56,467 nt of DNA, taken from positions 1-56,467 of the forward strand of contig JACKFN010000006.1 in assembly GCA_020632445.1 (NCBI GenBank). The letters run 5' to 3'. The notes under the pieces were generated by a model. That model was given only the letters and a program-made list of their open reading frames with translations, ran no database searches and was not told the origin of the DNA. Below, piece by piece: positions 38,039-46,503 of this stretch. This stretch comes from Candidatus Nomurabacteria bacterium (GTDB taxonomy: Bacteria; Patescibacteriota; Patescibacteriia; Magasanikbacterales; UBA922). The first letter of the stretch is position 1; every line of letters starts with the position of its first letter. Position numbers and translations under genes: made by a program.

Positions 38039-39007
38039 CTATACAATCAACTTTTTAAACTCTTCTACCATAGGAACTTTCTCTGACTCAAGGCCATAAC
38101 TTTCCGCGCAGTAGACGGCTGTCCAGTCGGCAATGAGCAGTGACACAAAAGCCTTCTCAAGCTCTGTAGCACCTTCCATATTTATTGACATTACAGGCAG
38201 GCCGCGATCTTTGTATAATTTCTCCACCACTTCCATGCGTTTTTGAATCTTTGGATGATCACTATCATCTTTGAGCATGATAAACGCAAAGCGATCAGAT
38301 AAATGCTTACTCGTATCAGTAACATCAAACCCTGTCATTTCATTGTGGTTGAGTTCTGGAAAAACATTGTAAAATGCAGGAATCTTCCCTGTTTCATTAA
38401 ATTTTATCTTCCAATTCCACGCAATGGTTTCATTGGACCTCGAACAATACACCACCGGAACTCTGTCCTTGAGCCAATTGGCAACTTCTTTTCCCTGAGA
38501 TTCCCATACTGCGGGATTAATGGCACCTGCAAGTGACTTAGCCCCTTGTAAAAGATCTTCTCTTCCAGTAAGCTTTGCAAGTCCCAAAAAGCTCAACCCC
38601 AATCCACTCCTTGGTTGAATATTGGTATTTGGAAGCTGCACGTAAGGCAGGTCATCTTCCTTTGCCATTTCTAAAAGTTTCCCCCCAACCGCGATCACCG
38701 CAATGTCCATTCCTTTCTCTTTTACCTCGTTGTAAGCAAAAATAACTTCTTCGGTATTCCCAGAATATGAACTGGCAATAAACAAACTCTCTTCGTACTT
38801 TTTTTCTGAAACCAAAGGAAGTCCATAATCCCTATGTACAACCAGATCAAAGGTTGGATCCATTTTGAGTACCAAATCAGCCGCCAGGTGCGATCCTCCC
38901 ATACCGGTAAGCAAAAATGACTGCTTGCTTGGCATCTTATCTCCATTGATTATTTCTGGATCATATGCAAATTGCTTTGCAAAATTGTTTATAGCATCTC
39001 TCATCAT
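38039..39007 (-). CDS. bifunctional phosphoglucose/phosphomannose isomerase (SIS-domain, archaeal-type)
   Basis: LTGMGGSHLAADL, SSYSGNTEE and a C-terminal FNETGKIPAFYNVFPELNHNE block. Confidence 0.8.
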   Translation of the reverse strand: MMRDAINNFAKQFAYDPEIINGDKMPSKQSFLLTGMGGSHLAADLVLKMDPTFDLVVHRDYGLPLVSEKKYEESLFIASSYSGNTEEVIFAYNEVKEKGMDIAVIAVGGKLLEMAKEDDLPYVQLPNTNIQPRSGLGLSFLGLAKLTGREDLLQGAKSLAGAINPAVWESQGKEVANWLKDRVPVVYCSRSNETIAWNWKIKFNETGKIPAFYNVFPELNHNEMTGFDVTDTSKHLSDRFAFIMLKDDSDHPKIQKRMEVVEKLYKDRGLPVMSINMEGATELEKAFVSLLIADWTAVYCAESYGLESEKVPMVEEFKKLIV

Positions 39008-39043
39008 ATATTCTACGAATAATTTCTCATCTTAAAAAATACT

Positions 39044-39733
39044 TCAATCATTCTGACGGCTTGGATCTTTGAGGTAATCGGCAAGATCATCGAGTGTTTC
39101 AAAACTTGCGGTCAAACCACCTGAAGGCGTAAACATCTGCCATGAACCATCCATCCCATACTGTATTTTTCCCCAATATCTCCCTTGTCTGTTTACTACG
39201 AAAATATATTCACCTTCAGTGGTGCCATCTTGCACAACTAAAGCAAATTCTTCATCTGTATCAGTAAGATCCGCATCAGAACTGAGAGTAGCAGTTGTTT
39301 CAAATGTTTGAGAAAGCATAGACAAAAGATTTTGAGAAAGTTCATTCTTTTTGGATGCCTGTACCGCACTATCTGCACCGTAACGGAATTCATTTCCATA
39401 ATTTGAATCACCACCCCCAGCTGGATTATTTTCTGTACTTTCATCTAAAATCTCTATAGATGGAAGTGAACGAAATGGCGCGATATCACCAGCATCTCTT
39501 GGTGGATTTTCTACAACATCCAAAATAAAATCACTTACTTCACCGTCATTCGGTTTTGTTTCTGTCGAAGGTGTCTTTCCTTGATGATTCTGGCACCACC
39601 GTTGCTCCAAAGCTAAATATGTCAATCCCATAAACCCAGCAAGTGCTACAAGCCATGGTGCTCGTTCACGAGATTTTTCACCAAGTGTCTTTGGCATTGC
39701 ATCTATTCCTCTTGGTGGACCACTTTCCCGCAT
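39044..39733 (-). CDS. hypothetical membrane-anchored protein
   Basis: One TM segment (APWLVALAGFMGLTYLAL) followed by an acidic low-complexity region. No recognised motif. Confidence 0.55.
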   Translation of the reverse strand: MRESGPPRGIDAMPKTLGEKSRERAPWLVALAGFMGLTYLALEQRWCQNHQGKTPSTETKPNDGEVSDFILDVVENPPRDAGDIAPFRSLPSIEILDESTENNPAGGGDSNYGNEFRYGADSAVQASKKNELSQNLLSMLSQTFETTATLSSDADLTDTDEEFALVVQDGTTEGEYIFVVNRQGRYWGKIQYGMDGSWQMFTPSGGLTASFETLDDLADYLKDPSRQND

Positions 39734-39736
39734 AAT

Positions 39737-39991
39737 CTAAGCATTAACCATTTCTAACAGTTTTCCCTCACCATGCAGTCTACTGATATCATCAAATCCC
39801 CCCACGAGTTCCTCACCTATTGTAATGAGTGGCACTGTCTGCCACTGATACTTTTCAATAAGCTGATCTCGAAGCTCCTGGTTGTTTTCAACATCGATTT
39901 CTTCATAATCGACTCCCAGCGACTCAAAAAGTGCCTTGGCTCTTTTGCAATAGGGACAATAGGTGGTGGTATAGACTTTTACTTCTTTCAT
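39737..39991 (-). CDS. grxC: glutaredoxin
   Basis: 84 aa, with a CPYC active site in VKVYTTTYCPYCKRAK. Confidence 0.88.
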   Translation of the reverse strand: MKEVKVYTTTYCPYCKRAKALFESLGVDYEEIDVENNQELRDQLIEKYQWQTVPLITIGEELVGGFDDISRLHGEGKLLEMVNA

Positions 39992-39994
39992 ACA

Positions 39995-40699
39995 CTACTT
40001 TAATTTAGGCAAAAAACTCGTGTCCATGTAATATATATCGGGATTTTGTGGGTGTACCATTACCGTAATTTCTTTTCCCGGTGGCGCAAACTCATTTGGA
40101 TTGTACCAAATATATTCACTCTTATATTCTTTCACTGTATTTCTCATAGGATCATGAGCAACAGCATAGAGACGATACGGGCTTTTATTGTTTATCTTGT
40201 ATGAACGATCAACCATAGATCTTTCGACCTTGGCAACGATACGATTGCCACTTTGCATCAAAAAAGCAATCTCTTTTTTCCTATGATGTGCATGCACAAG
40301 ACCAATTACTCCTACCACCAAAAAAACAGACCCAAATAACCCAAAAATCACTGGCACAATCCAATTGACCACACTTCCTTCAAGCTTGGCTTTGTGGGGA
40401 TTATTTGGTTGATAGGCCACGTCTACCCCTTCTCCAACATCGTAGAGTGGAAAATTTGAGCTCACTGCTGACACAAATGCTATAGACTCGCCAGTTGGTG
40501 TCTCAAATGCAACCTTCGGACTATACATCATATCTCCGTCAGAATCTCTCCTTTCGACGATTTCAACCACCTTCCCCTGTGTGTGCTCAGCAGTTTGCAA
40601 AAAAAGATAAGAATTTACAAAAATACCGATCGCGACACCGGCAAAGACGATACCAAAAAGTAGCATGATCCCAAATCCAAATGATGGTGATTTTGTCAT
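39995..40699 (-). CDS. DUF3592-like membrane protein
   Basis: The arrangement TM - GKVVEIVERRDSDGDMMYSPKVAFE - TM is typical of DUF3592 as I recall it. Confidence 0.6.
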   Translation of the reverse strand: MTKSPSFGFGIMLLFGIVFAGVAIGIFVNSYLFLQTAEHTQGKVVEIVERRDSDGDMMYSPKVAFETPTGESIAFVSAVSSNFPLYDVGEGVDVAYQPNNPHKAKLEGSVVNWIVPVIFGLFGSVFLVVGVIGLVHAHHRKKEIAFLMQSGNRIVAKVERSMVDRSYKINNKSPYRLYAVAHDPMRNTVKEYKSEYIWYNPNEFAPPGKEITVMVHPQNPDIYYMDTSFLPKLK

Positions 40700-40708
40700 A
40701 GAAAAAGG

Positions 40709-41578
40709 TTAGACGCCAATAAGTTTATTCCAATCATCGGCAAACCGAGCCAAACCAGCGTCAGTCAGCTCATGATAAATGTCATATTCACTCCAATCGA
40801 GGTTCAGATCTATGTGCCTATATTCAATATCCTGCAAGTCCCCTTTCTGATAGACATACGCCCCAGTAGAGACCGGCATCCCCTGCTCGGCCCACTTCAG
40901 TAAAAATTTCTTTGAAGAAGTAATAATATCCACACCAAGTGCAATTGAATACAAAAAATGTTCAAAGCTCCTTACTGATGCGACGAGTATCTCAACATGA
41001 CTATCTCCATTTCTATACGTTTGTATACAATTTTCTATTAAGCTCATACCATTTACTCCCCGATCATCAAGCCTTCCCACAAATGGAGAAAGGAATACCT
41101 CCCCTTTTTTTGCACCTCTCGTCGCAGCATAGACCGCAGCCGCTTGTTCCTGTGAAAAAACAAGCGTCATGTTCACTCGTCCATGATCTTCCGTTATAAA
41201 TGTCTGAGCAGCTTCGAGACCTGCCGAAATGGTTGGAAATTTGATATGGGCATTAGGTATCCAAGTAGTCATTTCTCTTGCTTGGGAAAGCATTTCCTGC
41301 GCAGAAGTGTCTGCATCACCATATACTTCAACCGAAATGCTTCCAACAGGAATCATTTCAGAAATTTCTTGGACCACACCTTTGTAAAAATCATTCACTT
41401 CACTGCTGCTAAGTTGCTCTCCATTTTCTATTTTCGCTTGCATGTGAGGATTGTTTGCAACGAGTGAGGGATTGGTTGTTTGCCCATCAAGAAAGCCAAG
41501 TACACCAAGGACCTCCCTGGTGTCAGCTGGATCCCCACTATCAAGAAAAATTTTAGTCTTTAGATTATCTGGTCGCAT
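40709..41578 (-). CDS. tal: transaldolase-family protein
   Basis: KIFLDSGDP, GQTTNPSL and IKFPT (Schiff-base Lys) motifs. Confidence 0.85.
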   Translation of the reverse strand: MRPDNLKTKIFLDSGDPADTREVLGVLGFLDGQTTNPSLVANNPHMQAKIENGEQLSSSEVNDFYKGVVQEISEMIPVGSISVEVYGDADTSAQEMLSQAREMTTWIPNAHIKFPTISAGLEAAQTFITEDHGRVNMTLVFSQEQAAAVYAATRGAKKGEVFLSPFVGRLDDRGVNGMSLIENCIQTYRNGDSHVEILVASVRSFEHFLYSIALGVDIITSSKKFLLKWAEQGMPVSTGAYVYQKGDLQDIEYRHIDLNLDWSEYDIYHELTDAGLARFADDWNKLIGV

Positions 41579-41652
41579 ATGTTCTTTCTATTCTATCAGT
41601 ATAACACAAAAACACCTCAAAAAGTGTGTATAAGTAAACTTGCATGCCCTGT

Positions 41653-42924
41653 TTAAAAATACCGAATAAGTACGTATCCTGTACTGATAAGCAGCGCAAG
41701 TACAGTTAGTGGCATGGCGACCTTCATATATCGAAAGAAATGAATACACTCTCCTTCTTTTTCTGCTATACCACGTACCACCAGGTTGGATGATGCCCCA
41801 ATTAATGTTGCATTTCCACCGATATCAGCTCCAAGTGCCAAAACCCACCACAAAACGGTGACATCGGCTCCTGTGAGGCTTCCTATATCCTTAATAAAGG
41901 GGATCATCGTAGCCACAAAAGGAACATTATCAACAATTGCTGACAAAATGGCCGAGCCCCAAAGCATCACGATCGCCGTAAGCTTCAAATCACCACCAGT
42001 GGCCTCCATAAGGTTGCTTGCAAGTGAACTGATGATTCCCACATGCTCTATACCTGCGACCAAAACAAACAGACCAATAAAGAAAAAAATCGTAATCCAC
42101 TCTATTTGCTGCAAATGAACCTCGGGATCATCCACCGTAAGAAGTAGTAACAAGGCGGCACCACCAAGAGCCATGGTAGCCGCTTCTATTCCGGTCATGT
42201 CATAGGTAACAAAACCCACAACAACCAAAAAAATTACGGCAAGCGACTTATATAAAAGAGGCCAATCAGTAATCGCATCTCTTGGGTTGAATTTCATTAC
42301 TTTTTCTCTTCTCTCATCGGTTGTGTGAAACTCTTTTCTATAAATCCACAAAAGCACCGCGGCGCAAATAATACAGATGACAATAACTACGGGAGCAATA
42401 TGATTGATGAAGTCATTAAAACTGAGCCCAGCAGCACTTCCAATAATGGTGTTTGGAGGATCTCCAATAAGCGTTGCTGCACCACCAAAATTTGAAAACA
42501 TGATTATCCCAATAAGATAGGGATAGGGAGATATCTTGAGGTTGTTGGTGATAACAAAAGTTACCGGAACCATCAAAAGCACCACCGTGACGTTATTCAA
42601 AAAGGCAGAGAAAATTCCCACAATGCTACATAGCAGTATAAAAATAGGGATTGGCTTTCCCTTACATAACTTTGATACCGAAAGTGCCATTGCCTGAAAA
42701 AATCCAGATTGTCTTGCAATTCCCACAATAACCATCATTCCCACCAAAAGACCCAAGGTATTAAAATCAACTCCTTCGATGGCCTCTTGCTGATTCAAAA
42801 CACCAAGCATGACCATCAATATAGCACCAAGCAGCGCAATAATCGTTCGATGCACCTTTTCTGTCACAATAATAAAAAAAGTCCCAACAAATATGATCAG
42901 CGCACTTAGACTCGTTAAATCCAT
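41653..42924 (-). CDS. ArsB/NhaD-superfamily anion/ion permease
   Basis: 423 aa with about 10-12 TM segments. The two-repeat topology and GDPPN-like loop (LIGDPPNTIIG) fit the superfamily. Confidence 0.7.
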   Translation of the reverse strand: MDLTSLSALIIFVGTFFIIVTEKVHRTIIALLGAILMVMLGVLNQQEAIEGVDFNTLGLLVGMMVIVGIARQSGFFQAMALSVSKLCKGKPIPIFILLCSIVGIFSAFLNNVTVVLLMVPVTFVITNNLKISPYPYLIGIIMFSNFGGAATLIGDPPNTIIGSAAGLSFNDFINHIAPVVIVICIICAAVLLWIYRKEFHTTDERREKVMKFNPRDAITDWPLLYKSLAVIFLVVVGFVTYDMTGIEAATMALGGAALLLLLTVDDPEVHLQQIEWITIFFFIGLFVLVAGIEHVGIISSLASNLMEATGGDLKLTAIVMLWGSAILSAIVDNVPFVATMIPFIKDIGSLTGADVTVLWWVLALGADIGGNATLIGASSNLVVRGIAEKEGECIHFFRYMKVAMPLTVLALLISTGYVLIRYF

Positions 42925-42977
42925 ACTTTTATTTTCAATTGAAAAACCACTTTAGATGAAAGTGGATATTTGTTTGT

Positions 42978-43445
42978 TTAACTCTTCTTTTTCCCTGACA
43001 AAACGTCAGAAACTGCTTTTTTGATGTCGGTTCTGTTGAGATAACCAATCAAATGGTTTTCTTCGTCCACGACCGGCAATTGTCTGATATGAAATTCAGA
43101 CAAAAGTGTGATAGCGACCATCAGACTGCAATCTTCCTTTACTGTCCTCACCTTTTTGGTCATAAATTTTGATATTGGATCATCCTTTACGTGTTTTACA
43201 CGACTTGCAAAAATATCACTTGCCTCAAACCTGGCTAAGTGCCCATCTTCTTCTAAATAGTCAGGCACAATATGCTTGATAATATCCCAGCTGGAAAGAA
43301 TTCCAATGACCTTATTATCGTCATCGAGTATGACCAAACCATTAGTTTTTTTACTCACCATAAGACCAATCACGCTCTGCACGGTTTCATCTGGTGAGGC
43401 GGTGACAACTTTCTTTTGCATGTAATCACGCACGGTATATTCCAT
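42978..43445 (-). CDS. CBS-domain pair protein
   Basis: Two CBS repeats (MQKKVVTASPDETV...; MTKKVRTVKEDCSL...LPVVDEENHLIGYLNRTDI). Confidence 0.8.
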   Translation of the reverse strand: MEYTVRDYMQKKVVTASPDETVQSVIGLMVSKKTNGLVILDDDNKVIGILSSWDIIKHIVPDYLEEDGHLARFEASDIFASRVKHVKDDPISKFMTKKVRTVKEDCSLMVAITLLSEFHIRQLPVVDEENHLIGYLNRTDIKKAVSDVLSGKKKS

Positions 43446-43446
43446 A

Positions 43447-44685
43447 CTATTGAAATTTTGATATATCTCTGCGAGTAAATAACCCTATCGTCCAGTCAAG
43501 CACAACACGAAATCGTTGTTTCCAGGTTAGCAGCTTGGTAACATATACAGTTCTCCAAAGCCACCACATAAGTGGCCCCCTAAGCTTGAGCGGTCCAATG
43601 ACCCCCGCAGCTCGAAATTTTCCAAGAGATACAAGAGAACCTTTTGACTGAAAATGAAACCCCTTCTTGGGTTTTCCCTCTATCTGCGCACTTATATTAT
43701 ACGCCAAAGTCTTGGCCTGCACAACGGCAACCTGCGCAAGCGGTGGAAGAGAGGCACCGTCTTGCTGAAAGTCGGCGATATCTCCAAGCGCAAACACATC
43801 TTCTAAACCTTTTACCTGAAAATCATTTTCTACAGGAATCCTTCCCTTTGAAAGCTCGATGTCGATATCAAATGGCAGTGTGTTTGCAGCTACACCAGCT
43901 GTCCAAATGACCGTACCAGCCTCAATAGGGTCAGCTTCCTTTATTTCTATAACGCCACCTTGAACACTTGACACCATACAATTTTTCTTCAGGGCAACCT
44001 TCTCTTTTTTCAAAACTTTTTCTGCCTCATTTTGGATAAAAGGAGAAAAGCCAGGAAGAATCACGTCAATGGCCTGTAAAAGCTGTATATCTACCTGGTC
44101 AATAAGCGATTTTGAAAAATAGTGCCGAAATGTCCCGTAAATAAAATCAGAAATCTCGGTGGCAAGTTCTACTCCCGCAGGCCCTCCCCCGATCACGACA
44201 TAACGCAAGAGTTTTTCTCTTTCAAGTTTGTCATCTGATTGATTTGCCTTCTCCAATGTTTCGATTATTTGATTTTTGATCGAAAATGCATCCTCCAAAG
44301 TCTTGAGAGCCAATGTATTTTCTTTAAGCTCCGGCATGCCAAAATAATTCGTCTTAGCACCCAGCGCAACCACCAAATAGTCATACGCAATGTCACCCAC
44401 AGAAGTATTGACCGTTTTTGTTTTTGTCTTTACGCTAAGAATATTTGCTTCATGAAACTCAGACAAACAACATCCTAGGGACACACGAATCGGATGGATG
44501 ATATGTTCCGGTGAAACACTTCCTGTCGCGACTTCATGCAAAAGCGGAGTAAAGAGGAAATAATTTTCTCGATTAATCAAAACAAGTTCCACACGGCTAT
44601 CATTGTGGAACTTTTTGTGCAAATACTTGAATGTATAGATACCACCAAATCCGGCACCTAGTATAACAATACGTTTCTTTTTCAT
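43447..44685 (-). CDS. ndh: type II NADH dehydrogenase-like FAD/NAD(P)-dependent oxidoreductase
   Basis: Two dinucleotide folds (ILGAGFGG; VIGGGPAGVE) and a C-terminal amphipathic/hydrophobic tail. Confidence 0.8.
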   Translation of the reverse strand: MKKKRIVILGAGFGGIYTFKYLHKKFHNDSRVELVLINRENYFLFTPLLHEVATGSVSPEHIIHPIRVSLGCCLSEFHEANILSVKTKTKTVNTSVGDIAYDYLVVALGAKTNYFGMPELKENTLALKTLEDAFSIKNQIIETLEKANQSDDKLEREKLLRYVVIGGGPAGVELATEISDFIYGTFRHYFSKSLIDQVDIQLLQAIDVILPGFSPFIQNEAEKVLKKEKVALKKNCMVSSVQGGVIEIKEADPIEAGTVIWTAGVAANTLPFDIDIELSKGRIPVENDFQVKGLEDVFALGDIADFQQDGASLPPLAQVAVVQAKTLAYNISAQIEGKPKKGFHFQSKGSLVSLGKFRAAGVIGPLKLRGPLMWWLWRTVYVTKLLTWKQRFRVVLDWTIGLFTRRDISKFQ

Positions 44686-44688
44686 AGC

Positions 44689-45675
44689 TTATCGCAAACC
44701 CACTCTCCTTCGAACCTCTTTCATAGTCTTGTCTGCAACCTTTTGAGCTCTGTGAGCCCCATCAATCAGGATATCTGCGACCACGCCATGACTCCCAAGG
44801 TATTCTTTTCGCTTCAGACGGAAATCTTTAAATTCCTCGGCAATTGCCTTGGACAAATCCTTTTTCAAATCACCATACCGAATACTTCCGTCTTTTTCTG
44901 CTTTTACGTATTCCTGGTACTGCTTGACATTGCCAAAGTGTCGAAACAACTCAAGTAAATTTTGCGCTCCAGGAGACTTTGCACCGCCTTCGCTTGCTGT
45001 TACCGCTTTCATTACTTTTTTTTCTATGACCAATGGCTCATCAGCCAGAGCAATATACGCTTTTTCTCCATGTGATTTACTCATTTTACTGGTAGGTTCA
45101 ACCAGACTCATAACACGTGGAATTTCTGTCAGCAGTGGCTTTGGAGCCGAAAAATATTCCCCGTATTTTTTGTTGAACCACCTCACACAATCTCTGGTAA
45201 GCTCGACATGCTGCACCTGGTCTTCTCCAACAGGAACCACCTCTCCATGATACAAAAGAATATCCGCAACTTGCAAAACAGGATAGTCAAAAAGGCCAAC
45301 ATTTACATTTTTTGCCTGCCGAGCTGATTTGTCCTTGTACTGTGTCATACGCTCAAGTTCGGACATAGGTGTAACACAGTTAAACACCCAAGCCAAATCG
45401 GCATGACCGCTCACATGTGACTGGACAAATAATGTTGTTTTCTTTGGATCGATACCTGCAGCCAGAAGTTCAGTAGCTACTCCCATGATATTTTTTCTCA
45501 AATCATCACCTGATTGATTTCCAGTAAGAGCATGTAAATCAGCTATAAAGATAAACATCTGATATTTGCCAGAGTTTTGCAGTTGCACCCAGTTTTTGAC
45601 TGCACCAAGGTAATTTCCTATATGCAGGTCACCCGTCGGCTGAAGGCCAGAAAAGAGTATTGGTTTTTTTGCCAT
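44689..45675 (-). CDS. trpS: tryptophan--tRNA ligase
   Basis: HIGN (GDLHIGNYLGA) and KMSKS motifs. Length 328 aa. Confidence 0.93.
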   Translation of the reverse strand: MAKKPILFSGLQPTGDLHIGNYLGAVKNWVQLQNSGKYQMFIFIADLHALTGNQSGDDLRKNIMGVATELLAAGIDPKKTTLFVQSHVSGHADLAWVFNCVTPMSELERMTQYKDKSARQAKNVNVGLFDYPVLQVADILLYHGEVVPVGEDQVQHVELTRDCVRWFNKKYGEYFSAPKPLLTEIPRVMSLVEPTSKMSKSHGEKAYIALADEPLVIEKKVMKAVTASEGGAKSPGAQNLLELFRHFGNVKQYQEYVKAEKDGSIRYGDLKKDLSKAIAEEFKDFRLKRKEYLGSHGVVADILIDGAHRAQKVADKTMKEVRRRVGLR

Positions 45676-45759
45676 AAAGCGTAATTTTAACGCGGTAAGT
45701 ATACCACTGACGCCTCACCTGTTCAAGCTGTCGTATCTCATTTACTTCCGGTTATGCTA

Positions 45760-46404
45760 TCACCGTAAATCCTCAAGTCGGGCTACTTGCTTACCAGAAA
45801 GTGGATAGGAGGGATGAGCCGTAACTCCCTCCCCCACAATGACTACATCTTGTACTTTGAGACCGTTTTCCTTCATGATATCAATAAGCTTTGCCAGCAT
45901 TCCATAGCGATTTGGCTCATGGGTAAAGTTATGCAGGCCCTCAAGCGGTGTAAATACCTCCTTGACCGCATCTTCATCATTATAGACAAAAGGCTTCATG
46001 CCGGAAACTTCAAAACCAGAGAGTTCGTGCTCAGCGCCATACACCGCACTGACAAGCCCCTTCATCAAAAGTTCCGTATAAATTGCAGATGGATATGCGG
46101 TAAAAATGACAATCTTCGAAAACCTTTTCTGAAGTTTCTTCAACTGATCATCAATATTCTCTCTCTTATTTATTTCAAAATAATCATTACAATAGTGCAG
46201 AAAGTCCGGTTCCTCCATACCCTTGGCAGCTACGTCAAACACCTGCTCAAGCAAAAGCGGCCCCTTAAACTTGTTTTGTTCATATTCCCTATCGAGGTGT
46301 GCGTACTGTGCAAGCCGTTTTCTTTTTTCAGCCAAAAAACCATAGGCATTTTGCGCCCCGGTTTTCAAAAGTGCTGAGTTGGAGAAAATTGCGAGAAGTT
46401 TCAT
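45760..46404 (-). CDS. hypothetical protein
   Basis: ATG 46404 is preceded by AAAGGA. The longer track start at 46464 would overlap the RNase J terminator. No recognised motif. Confidence 0.5.
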   Translation of the reverse strand: MKLLAIFSNSALLKTGAQNAYGFLAEKRKRLAQYAHLDREYEQNKFKGPLLLEQVFDVAAKGMEEPDFLHYCNDYFEINKRENIDDQLKKLQKRFSKIVIFTAYPSAIYTELLMKGLVSAVYGAEHELSGFEVSGMKPFVYNDEDAVKEVFTPLEGLHNFTHEPNRYGMLAKLIDIMKENGLKVQDVVIVGEGVTAHPSYPLSGKQVARLEDLR

Positions 46405-46462
46405 ACATCCTTTTCCCCCTATACCCATGGTACTGCTCAGTGAAAAGTGTGTCAATACGTAC

Positions 46463-46490
46463 AAAAAAACTGCCTATGAAGCAGTTTTTT
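46463..46490. terminator. bidirectional-looking intrinsic terminator after RNase J
   Basis: aaaaaaa-ctgc-ctatgaa-gcag-tttttt. Confidence 0.6.
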
Positions 46491-46503
46491 GTATATTCTA
46501 TGT

